Assembly: GCA_035994985.1 (NCBI GenBank)
Contig: DASYKZ010000008.1
Location: 3,643-67,642 of the forward strand
Direction of reading: 5' to 3'
Source: Minisyncoccota bacterium
GTDB lineage: Bacteria > Patescibacteriota > Minisyncoccia > Phycocordibacterales > UBA9973
DNA: 64,000 nucleotides
The position numbers were made by a program, and so were the translations under genes. The notes beneath the pieces were generated by a model, which had not been told where the DNA came from, ran no database searches, and worked only from the letters and a program-made list of their open reading frames with translations. Shown here piece after piece: positions 1 through 7,801 of this stretch (position 1 is its first letter; every line of letters begins with the position of its first letter).

Positions 1-19
1 AAGTTGAAAGTTATAAACA

Positions 20-1774
20 ATGAAACATGAGATACAAAAATTAATAACAGATGCACTTCTGAACTTGAACATAGAAGTGAGTGATATCGTGGTGGAGCAT
101 CCCACAGATTTAAAAATGGGGGATTATTCCACGAATGTAGCCATGGTTATCGCTAAGAGCATAGGTCATCCGCCAGCTGGCGGACCAAAAGAGCTTGCCG
201 GAAAAATTGTCACTGAAATATTGAGGTTAAACACGGATAAAAATATAGAGCATGTCGAGGTGGCCGGCGCGGGGTTTATAAATTTCCATCTATCCCGTAA
301 TTTTTTCGCCCATAGCGTGGAAGATATTTTGAACTCCGGAGCGGATGTCGGCAAAAATGACTCCCTTTCAGGGCAAAAAATAATGGTGGAGTATACCGAC
401 CCAAATCCCTTTAAGCCGTTTCATATTGGTCATCTCATGACTAATGCTATCGGCGAATCTATTGCTGGAATTTTAGAACACTCCGGAGCTAGCGTTTCCC
501 GGGCAAACTATCAGGGCGATGTCGGCCCACACGTAGCAAAGGCAATTTATGGGCTTATGCAGGATAAAAAGTTACAAGATAAAATGAGTTCTCATGCTAA
601 CAATATTAAACAGGCTGGAAATATTGGAAAAGCTTACGTGGAAGGTTCGGAGGCTTATGAAAATGAAAATAATCCTTTGGCTAAAAAAGAAATAGATGAA
701 ATAAATACAAAAATTTACGACAAGAGCGACCCAAAAGTAAATGAAGTATACGACTGGGGTTTCAAGGTGACGATGGAAGCTTTTGAGGATTTATACAAGC
801 TGCTTGGCACAAAATTTGAATTTTACTTTTTGGAATCCATGGTGGCTATACTAGGCATAGAAGCGGTCAAAAATAATATGGGCGAAGTTTTTGAAGAGTC
901 CGACGGAGCTGTAGTTTTCAAGGCTGAAAAATACAACAAAGAAGGACAGCCGAAATTGCATACCAGAGTATTTTTAACCTCCAAAGGATTGCCTACGTAC
1001 GAGACTAAAGAATTAGGCCTTACCGAAGAAAAGTTTGCGAGGATGCCCGACATGAATCTTTCCATCGTTATTACCGCCAATGAACAGATGGATTATATGA
1101 GAGTGGTCGCCAAGGCGCTTTCGCTGATTCATCCAAAATATGAGTCAAAGATGAAACACATCACCCACGGCATGATGCGTTTGGCTGCAGGCAAGATGTC
1201 TTCCCGAAAAGGCAATGTGGTGACAGGAGAATCTTTGATTCGGGACACCATCGCTCTGGTTTCCGAGAAGCTCAAAGAGCGGGATTGGGATGAAGAGCAA
1301 AAAAATAAAGTCGCCGAAGTTGTCGGCATAGCAGCGCTAAAGTATTCAATTTTAAAACAGTCTACCGGCGGGGACATAGCCTACGATTTTGAAAAATCCA
1401 TTTCATTCGAGGGGGACTCCGGCCCATACCTTCAATATTCGTATGCTAGGGCGAATTCAGTCATAGAAAAGTCACAACGGGAAAATATCTTGCCGGACCC
1501 GCATGCTTTCGGAGAGGAAATTTTTGAGATAGAAAAATTGTTATATAAATTCCCTGAAGTCGTAGAGAGAGCATCAAGGGAATATGAGCCGCACTATATC
1601 GCGAATTATCTGATAGAAGTCGCCCGCTCTTACAACAGCTTTTACGGCAACACTATTATAGTAAACAAAGAAGATAAGACTTCGGGATATAAAATTGCCC
1701 TTACCTATTCATTTTCTTTCGTCATGAAAACGGGCCTGCATCTCCTCGGCATCCAGGCTCCAACAAAGATGTAG
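20..1774 (+). CDS. argS: arginine--tRNA ligase
   Basis: 584 aa; N-terminal ArgRS anticodon/Add-1 like region, class I HIGH-like PFHIGH, KMSSRKG (KMSKS-like), C-terminal DALR-type region. Confidence 0.9.
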   Translation: MKHEIQKLITDALLNLNIEVSDIVVEHPTDLKMGDYSTNVAMVIAKSIGHPPAGGPKELAGKIVTEILRLNTDKNIEHVEVAGAGFINFHLSRNFFAHSVEDILNSGADVGKNDSLSGQKIMVEYTDPNPFKPFHIGHLMTNAIGESIAGILEHSGASVSRANYQGDVGPHVAKAIYGLMQDKKLQDKMSSHANNIKQAGNIGKAYVEGSEAYENENNPLAKKEIDEINTKIYDKSDPKVNEVYDWGFKVTMEAFEDLYKLLGTKFEFYFLESMVAILGIEAVKNNMGEVFEESDGAVVFKAEKYNKEGQPKLHTRVFLTSKGLPTYETKELGLTEEKFARMPDMNLSIVITANEQMDYMRVVAKALSLIHPKYESKMKHITHGMMRLAAGKMSSRKGNVVTGESLIRDTIALVSEKLKERDWDEEQKNKVAEVVGIAALKYSILKQSTGGDIAYDFEKSISFEGDSGPYLQYSYARANSVIEKSQRENILPDPHAFGEEIFEIEKLLYKFPEVVERASREYEPHYIANYLIEVARSYNSFYGNTIIVNKEDKTSGYKIALTYSFSFVMKTGLHLLGIQAPTKM

Positions 1775-1878
1775 CTTATTGTTGCTTGTGATACAATTAG
1801 GAAAAGGCACCTTGAAAATTAAATACTCAATTCAGAGTTTAATTCTAAAGATAAATTCTCAGGCAGGAAGGAGGTTTT

Positions 1879-2154
1879 ATGAAAAAAGCAAGTTTTGGAG
1901 CTCGTTGTCCATACTGTGGTGTTGGAACTATGACTATTTCAACATTACTAAATGACAAAAACGAACCTCACCTTTTCTACATCTCCAGCGCTGGAGACAT
2001 TTGGTTTGACTGTACGTGTTCTTTTTGTGGGGTTCAATTCTCAGCTAGTTTTTCACTTATGGAACTAATAGCTCAGTGTCCGGCAGAGGAAGATGAGACT
2101 GCTCCCCCGAGAAAAGAAAATTTATATATTTTCAAAAAACGAGTAATTTTGTAG
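1879..2154 (+). CDS. small Cys-rich zinc-ribbon-like protein (CPYCG ... CSFCG)
   Basis: 91 aa ORF with RBS ggaagga 8 nt upstream; two CxxC pairs. Confidence 0.4.
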   Translation: MKKASFGARCPYCGVGTMTISTLLNDKNEPHLFYISSAGDIWFDCTCSFCGVQFSASFSLMELIAQCPAEEDETAPPRKENLYIFKKRVIL

Positions 2155-2273
2155 GAGTACATCTTGAACAGACAAAGGAAAGAGAACCAGAAAATTAACC
2201 CACACAAAGAGAGCAAAGAGCTCATTCTTATGTGGGTTCTTTGTTTTTATATATTGTAGTAAAATATTAGTTT

Positions 2274-3680
2274 ATGACCCAAAGCGAAGCATTGAACATT
2301 TTAAAAACCGGAGCGAATATTTTTTTGACAGGCGAGCCGGGGTCCGGAAAGACGTACACTATAAATACGTATGTAAGCTATTTGCGTACATACGGCGTGG
2401 AGCCTGCCATCACAGCTTCCACAGGCATCGCCGCGACGCATATCGGCGGGATGACCATTCATTCCTGGAGCGGTATCGGCATCAAGAACAGGCTCGACAA
2501 ATATGATTTGGATAAAATTGCGAGTAGTGAATACATCAGTAAGCGGGTCCGCCGGACGAAAGTATTAATTATAGACGAGGTGTCCATGCTTTCGGCTGGC
2601 ACTCTTGATATGGTGGATATGGTTTGCCGTGAAATCAAACAAAGCGATGAGGCGTTTGGCGGGATACAGATTGTTTTAGTGGGGGATTTTTTTCAATTGC
2701 CGCCAATTATAAAAAAAGACTTCAAAGAGAATACAGCGAAGAGACAAAATTCTCTACTGGATGATGAAAATGTAAGTACAGATTCAGGAACTTTTGCTTA
2801 TGAGGGAAGCGCATGGCAGAGGGCGCATCTCGTAGTATGTTATTTGGGCGAACAGCACCGCCAGGACGACAAAGAATTTCTTTCAGTGCTTTCCGCCATC
2901 CGCGCGAACAATGTGACGGATGAACACCTGAACTATATAAACAAAAGGCAGATGGACTATGATGATATGTCCGAAGAAGAAATGAACACTATTACCAAGC
3001 TTTTTTCGCACAACTTGGATGTGGATAGGGTCAATTATGGAGAACTTTCAAAAATTGAAGAAGAGGCGAAGATTTTTGAAATGATGACGAGCGGCAATGA
3101 CAGGATAGTAGAGACGCTCAAGAAAGGCTGCCTGTCGCCGGAGAGTTTAGAGCTCAAAATCGGTGCCGTGGTGATGTGCACTAAAAACAATCAAAAAGAA
3201 AGGTTCGCAAACGGCACGCTTGGCACGGTGACCGGCTTTGAGGAATTTAGCGGTACTCCAATCATCAAAACACGGAGCGGGCGGAGCATTACCATTCATC
3301 CTATGGATTGGGTGGTAGAAGAAAACGGAAAAATCCGAGCGCAGATTACCCAGGTGCCGCTCCGCCTCGCTTGGGCTATTACCGTGCACAAGAGCCAAGG
3401 CATGAGCATGGATGCAGCGGTAATGGATCTTTCCCAAGTGTTTGAATTTGGGCAGGGATATGTCGCGCTCTCCCGGGTGCGCAGGCTTTCAGGGTTGTAC
3501 TTGCTTGGCATAAACGAACACGCGTTTAAAGTGAGCCCGCAAGTGCTGGAGCAAGATATCATGTTTAAAAAAACTTCTGCAGAAGCCGAAAAAGTTTTTG
3601 GGAAACTAGCAGGACCTAAAATAAGAAAAATGCACAAAGATTTTATCGTTGTCTCTGGCGGCAAGTTAAAAAAAGATTAA
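2274..3680 (+). CDS. PIF1-like ATP-dependent DNA helicase
   Basis: Walker A GEPGSGKT, PIF1 family motifs ITASTGIAA, LIIDEVSM, VLVGDFFQLPPI, C-terminal ITVHKSQGMS. Confidence 0.8.
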   Translation: MTQSEALNILKTGANIFLTGEPGSGKTYTINTYVSYLRTYGVEPAITASTGIAATHIGGMTIHSWSGIGIKNRLDKYDLDKIASSEYISKRVRRTKVLIIDEVSMLSAGTLDMVDMVCREIKQSDEAFGGIQIVLVGDFFQLPPIIKKDFKENTAKRQNSLLDDENVSTDSGTFAYEGSAWQRAHLVVCYLGEQHRQDDKEFLSVLSAIRANNVTDEHLNYINKRQMDYDDMSEEEMNTITKLFSHNLDVDRVNYGELSKIEEEAKIFEMMTSGNDRIVETLKKGCLSPESLELKIGAVVMCTKNNQKERFANGTLGTVTGFEEFSGTPIIKTRSGRSITIHPMDWVVEENGKIRAQITQVPLRLAWAITVHKSQGMSMDAAVMDLSQVFEFGQGYVALSRVRRLSGLYLLGINEHAFKVSPQVLEQDIMFKKTSAEAEKVFGKLAGPKIRKMHKDFIVVSGGKLKKD

Positions 3681-3769
3681 AAAAAATCTAAAGTCGTTTT
3701 CCACAGAAAATATTTACAGTTTTTCCAATTGTGAAATAATAGAAAAATATTAGAGTTATTTTATTTCAT

Positions 3770-6385
3770 ATGCGTCTACAAAAAATTGTTCTTTTATTTG
3801 CATTTATTATTTTTTCCTGTTTTTTTATTCCGAAAGTTTTTGCTGTTTCCGAATTGGATGTATCTGTCGTGGGCGGCAACTTGCTTATAGATTCCTGCAA
3901 TTCTAATCTGCAGCCCATTATGGGGTATAAGGGTTATGTAAACGATATGGAGATTTTTACTACTGGTCCCTCTGGGGGATATCCTTGCTATGCCAGGGAT
4001 CTTTTTTTCGAAAACATAGCAACTTTTCTCGCATCGTATCCCACTCCTCTTGCTCTAAGATTTGATTTTTATTCTGACCCCGGTTTTAGCTCTCCGGTGG
4101 ATGCGAGTTTTACGATATATTATGATGGCTCTATATTTACCACCACTCCTTCCACTCCGCCCGCTACAACTTTAAGCTCTGAAAAAGCTATTACTTCATT
4201 TAGTTTTCAAGATTTACCCACTCCTGTGAATGGGGTCATTGATGAAACAAATCATACAATTGCTTTGACTGTACCTTTTGACACAGATATCACAGACCTC
4301 CGTCCTACGATTGATATTTCTTCCGGAGCTACTATTTCTCCTGTTAATAACATCGATTTCTCGAATCCTGTCGTGTACACAGTCACCGCAGAAGATGACT
4401 CGACGGAAGAGTATACTGTTATAGTAGTTGTCGGCGCCCTAGTTCGCAATCCTGTTATTATAATCCCTGGAGTTTTAGGGACGGAAATTAGTAAAGGGGG
4501 AGATAAGCTCTGGCTGGATCTTTCACGCAATTTGACAGATATTGGAGATCAATTTATGGATTCTTTAGAGTTTAATGAGGATCTGACTCCTTCGGATTTA
4601 AGTTTGAGCTTAGGGAACGTGATTAGGAAAGAAGTTGCAAAAGTTGGAAATGTGAACTTTCCGCTTTTTGATTATTCAGAACATCTTATTCAAGAATTTC
4701 AGGATCAAGGTTACGTGGAAGGCACAGATATTTTTCTCTTCCCTTATGATTGGCGTAGCGGAGTAAACGAAGGAAACGTAAACCAGCTAAAACAAAAAAT
4801 TGCAGACGTTATAGCAGAGACTGGTGCCAGTAAAGTCGATAGCATAGCACACAGTACTGGCGGGCTTTTATTGAAAAAATATGTGATGGAAAATTCTATG
4901 GACAATCATATTGATAAAGCTGTGTTTGTCGGCGTGCCGAATACAGGAGTCCCAAAAGCTGTGAAAGTATTATTACAAGGAGATGGTTTTGATATTCCAT
5001 TTCTCTCCGATGGAGAAATAAAGAAAATTGCCAAGAATTTACCTGTAATATATGACCTTTTGCCAAGTGAGCAGTATTTTAATAGTAAGGGAAGTTATAT
5101 AAAAGTGATTGAACAAAAACTTTTTGGCTACACAGAAAAGGATTTAAATTTTGATGAAGCAAATACTTTTCTTGCAGTCGACCATCAATTAAATGTGCAA
5201 GCTCTAATCAATTCTCACCATTTACACACTGCGGATTTTGACGATTATGATATGCGTACCGCAGGAGTAGATGTATATGCCATAAATGGATGCAAAGCTG
5301 GAACTTTAGGCAAAGTGAGGGAAGTTCGTTCACACAGTCTTTTTGGAGACTTTACGAGCTATATGGTGCCCGAGCAAATTCCCGGAGATGGCACAGTGCC
5401 ACTTGAAAGCTCTACAAACTTACCCATCAATGAGAGTAATAAATATTATGCCTTAAAAACCACCAACCATGGGAAAATGCTGACTGCGGATGGTATCCGG
5501 CAGCAGATTGTGAATATTATTTCCGGTAGCAATCTCTCTGCGGGTGATATAATTACTCAAAATATTTCAGAATGTAAATTGAGCGGGCGGGCCATTTCTG
5601 TGTATAGTCCTCTCTCTATTGATGTCCTAGACCAAGACGACAACCATGCGGGTTTGGCATCTGATGGAGTGAGTATTGAAAATAATATACCAAATGCAGA
5701 TTTTGAAATTTTTGGCGAGCACAAGTTTATATATTTACCTACTGACGAAGGACAAACATATACGATAAATATTGCAGGCACAGGCACGGGTGTTTTTACG
5801 CTTACTGATACGTCTATAAATGAAAATGATGTGACGGGAATGCAAGTATTTGAAAATGTTTCTGTAACCCCGAGTTTGCTCGGGAATGTTAATCTTTCTG
5901 ATAATACGAGTTTGGATTTAGATACAAATGGAGATGGTACCACAGACGAAACGTTGACGCCGACGGCTTCTCTTAACAGAGAAGAGGCAGAAAATTTTGT
6001 ACCAAACAAAGAAGGGGACACAAACGATAATCCACTCGAAGATGATTCTGCAAGCAATACAAACTCTGGCGGAGACACTATCGCGAAGCCTTCTGATCCG
6101 TTGCCTGCAACTCCTACAGATTCTACAACACCAGCCCAACCCCCGTCAGAAATTATTCCGGCTGTAAAAGAGGAGCCTGCTCCTGAGGCTGGAAACGACC
6201 TTGAAAATCCTAAGCCAAAAGTGGAAAATGAAAAAGCAGAAGAAACACAGCATTTACCACAAGAAAGTTCACTTACCGGAAGCGTTGCTGACAGCAACGT
6301 GCCTATTAGTTATGCAATTGTTATTGCAGTAATTGGAGGAGCTTTACTAATTTCATTGCTAGCAAAAAAATTCAGTAAGTTGTAA
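3770..6385 (+). CDS. secreted LCAT/PGAP1-like alpha/beta-hydrolase (putative phospholipase/acyltransferase) with Pro/Thr-rich stalk and C-terminal TM anchor
   Basis: N-terminal signal peptide; YDWR and AHSTGG (GxSxG) motifs typical of lecithin:cholesterol acyltransferase-like lipases; C-terminal PT-rich region then hydrophobic helix IVIAVIGGALLISLLA. Confidence 0.6.
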   Translation: MRLQKIVLLFAFIIFSCFFIPKVFAVSELDVSVVGGNLLIDSCNSNLQPIMGYKGYVNDMEIFTTGPSGGYPCYARDLFFENIATFLASYPTPLALRFDFYSDPGFSSPVDASFTIYYDGSIFTTTPSTPPATTLSSEKAITSFSFQDLPTPVNGVIDETNHTIALTVPFDTDITDLRPTIDISSGATISPVNNIDFSNPVVYTVTAEDDSTEEYTVIVVVGALVRNPVIIIPGVLGTEISKGGDKLWLDLSRNLTDIGDQFMDSLEFNEDLTPSDLSLSLGNVIRKEVAKVGNVNFPLFDYSEHLIQEFQDQGYVEGTDIFLFPYDWRSGVNEGNVNQLKQKIADVIAETGASKVDSIAHSTGGLLLKKYVMENSMDNHIDKAVFVGVPNTGVPKAVKVLLQGDGFDIPFLSDGEIKKIAKNLPVIYDLLPSEQYFNSKGSYIKVIEQKLFGYTEKDLNFDEANTFLAVDHQLNVQALINSHHLHTADFDDYDMRTAGVDVYAINGCKAGTLGKVREVRSHSLFGDFTSYMVPEQIPGDGTVPLESSTNLPINESNKYYALKTTNHGKMLTADGIRQQIVNIISGSNLSAGDIITQNISECKLSGRAISVYSPLSIDVLDQDDNHAGLASDGVSIENNIPNADFEIFGEHKFIYLPTDEGQTYTINIAGTGTGVFTLTDTSINENDVTGMQVFENVSVTPSLLGNVNLSDNTSLDLDTNGDGTTDETLTPTASLNREEAENFVPNKEGDTNDNPLEDDSASNTNSGGDTIAKPSDPLPATPTDSTTPAQPPSEIIPAVKEEPAPEAGNDLENPKPKVENEKAEETQHLPQESSLTGSVADSNVPISYAIVIAVIGGALLISLLAKKFSKL

Positions 6386-6397
6386 AATTAGCCGTAT

Positions 6398-6694
6398 ATG
6401 GCTAAAAAAAATTTTATAAATGTTTTGTTATTTGGAATGTGTCTAATTCCTTGGTGCTTATTGCATATTTTTCAGGAGAATACTGTTAAGATGGAACACA
6501 TTCAAGTTCCATTGTTATTCGTTATATTTATTGGTTCATCTTTGTTAATTTATTTAAATTACAAAAACAAAAAAAAGAGTTTAGGGCATAAATTCTCTTG
6601 GTTAATTTTTATAGTTATTGGAATAATTGGGTTATTATACTCAGGGTTCGTTTTGTCTTTACTTTTTGCTCTTAGAAACTGTTGTGGTTTTTAA
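6398..6694 (+). CDS. small integral membrane protein, unknown function
   Basis: 98 aa, three hydrophobic segments. Confidence 0.3.
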   Translation: MAKKNFINVLLFGMCLIPWCLLHIFQENTVKMEHIQVPLLFVIFIGSSLLIYLNYKNKKKSLGHKFSWLIFIVIGIIGLLYSGFVLSLLFALRNCCGF

Positions 6695-6849
6695 GTAACT
6701 TTACCCAACTAAAGTAGGAAAATTTTGCTCCTAAACAAAAAAATGTAAATGCTAAGTTGCATAGGTCATTTATGATAGGGGGGGGTTTTGCCTTGCAAAT
6801 TTATTTTATAAGTTCATAATTAAATTTATTAAAAATAACGTAAAAATAT

Positions 6850-7242
6850 ATGAGTCAAGAAGGTATAGAAAAAATAGAGGGAAAAGAAATTGTAACTTCT
6901 GATAATGAAATTCGGACAAGTTCAACTTTTCGTAATGAAACACAACCTGGAACTTTGCTGAAGAAAATTAAACATACACCAGAATACACTGATTTACGGT
7001 TGAAAGAAATTATTGATAATTGCCCAAAGGAGTTTTCAGCAGCTTTGCTTAGGGGTATTATGCATGTGAAATTAAACTACCCTGATGCTTCTAAAAGAGA
7101 ATTAGCCATAGTGACAGAGGCTCTGATAGAAAATCATAAAGCTTATGTAGAGAGGAAAGTAAAAGACCGTATGACCCCTGAGGAAGCTATTGCCAAAGTA
7201 CGTCAGTTATTAGCACAACAAAAATTTGAAACTTCTGAGTAA
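6850..7242 (+). CDS. hypothetical protein
   Basis: 130 aa ORF, AT-rich promoter region upstream, followed by intrinsic terminator. Confidence 0.4.
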   Translation: MSQEGIEKIEGKEIVTSDNEIRTSSTFRNETQPGTLLKKIKHTPEYTDLRLKEIIDNCPKEFSAALLRGIMHVKLNYPDASKRELAIVTEALIENHKAYVERKVKDRMTPEEAIAKVRQLLAQQKFETSE

Positions 7243-7270
7243 AAAACACCGTTTTTTGTTAAAAAGTTAT

Positions 7271-7296
7271 GCACCTTGCAAAGGGTGTTTTTCTTT
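7271..7296 (+). terminator. intrinsic terminator (stem caccuu/agggug, GCAA loop, U-run)
   Basis: gcaccttgcaaagggtgtttttcttt directly after stop of 6850..7242. Confidence 0.6.
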
Positions 7297-7317
7297 AATA
7301 GGTATATAATTAATTGG

Positions 7318-7584
7318 AACTAAATATTCTAGTTCTTTCAAGAATTTTTCTAGCTGACAATCTGGCTGAAAGGACAACCATGAAACTATCACGTGGCCTC
7401 TACTATTTTTGCAGACTCGGGAAGAAGAGTGCAAATATAGGGAAGATTCGAAATTATTGCGCGCTGAATCAGTGTCCTCACTTGGGGACACGCCGAAGGA
7501 AAAACATGCCTATAAAGATAACGAGACTTAAAACTCGTGCTGGCAAATCATCAGGTGGCGCCCCGGGCCCACCTGTTTTTTTTA
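7318..7584 (+). ncRNA. candidate small non-coding RNA of unknown class
   Basis: own -10-like TATATAAT at 7303-7310, no credible ORF/RBS, ends in strong terminator caggtgg-cgccccgggc-ccacctg + T9 (7552-7584); lies between two terminators and the ileS T-box leader. Confidence 0.25.
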
Positions 7585-7599
7585 TTTGTGTATGTTATA

Positions 7600-7792
7600 G
7601 TATTTATACAAGCGTTGAAGGGGGCATCGCCCTGGAGCTTTGGGAAGAAACCTCATAGAAAATTACAGAGGGACTAGACCCCATAAAATGAGAAGTAAGC
7701 AAGGTGGTACCACGGATTTTATCCCATTTGCGGGAAGAAGCTCGTCCTTGTATAGCAATTTTTAATTGTTGTACGTGGACGAGTTTTTTTAA
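7600..7792 (+). promoter_or_regulatory. T-box riboswitch leader of ileS
   Basis: AAGGTGGTACCACGG at 7700-7715 matches T-box consensus AGGGUGGNACCGCGG at 13/15; followed by terminator gctcgtcc...ggacgag + T7 (7740-7790) immediately upstream of ileS ATG; AUC (Ile) triplet in putative specifier region gggggcATCgccc. Confidence 0.5.
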
Positions 7793-7801
7793 TATAAACA
7801 T

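Noticed and set aside
5557-6297. 246-aa antisense ORF within the lipase gene (and 9041-9648, 10651-11178 antisense to ileS; 46005-46409 antisense to rplV)
   Set aside because: Each is fully contained in a well-supported gene on the opposite strand and has no independent signals.
7314-7658. 114-codon + strand ORF spanning the candidate sRNA, its terminator and the T-box leader
   Set aside because: No RBS. It runs through a strong intrinsic terminator and the T-box element. Treated as non-coding.
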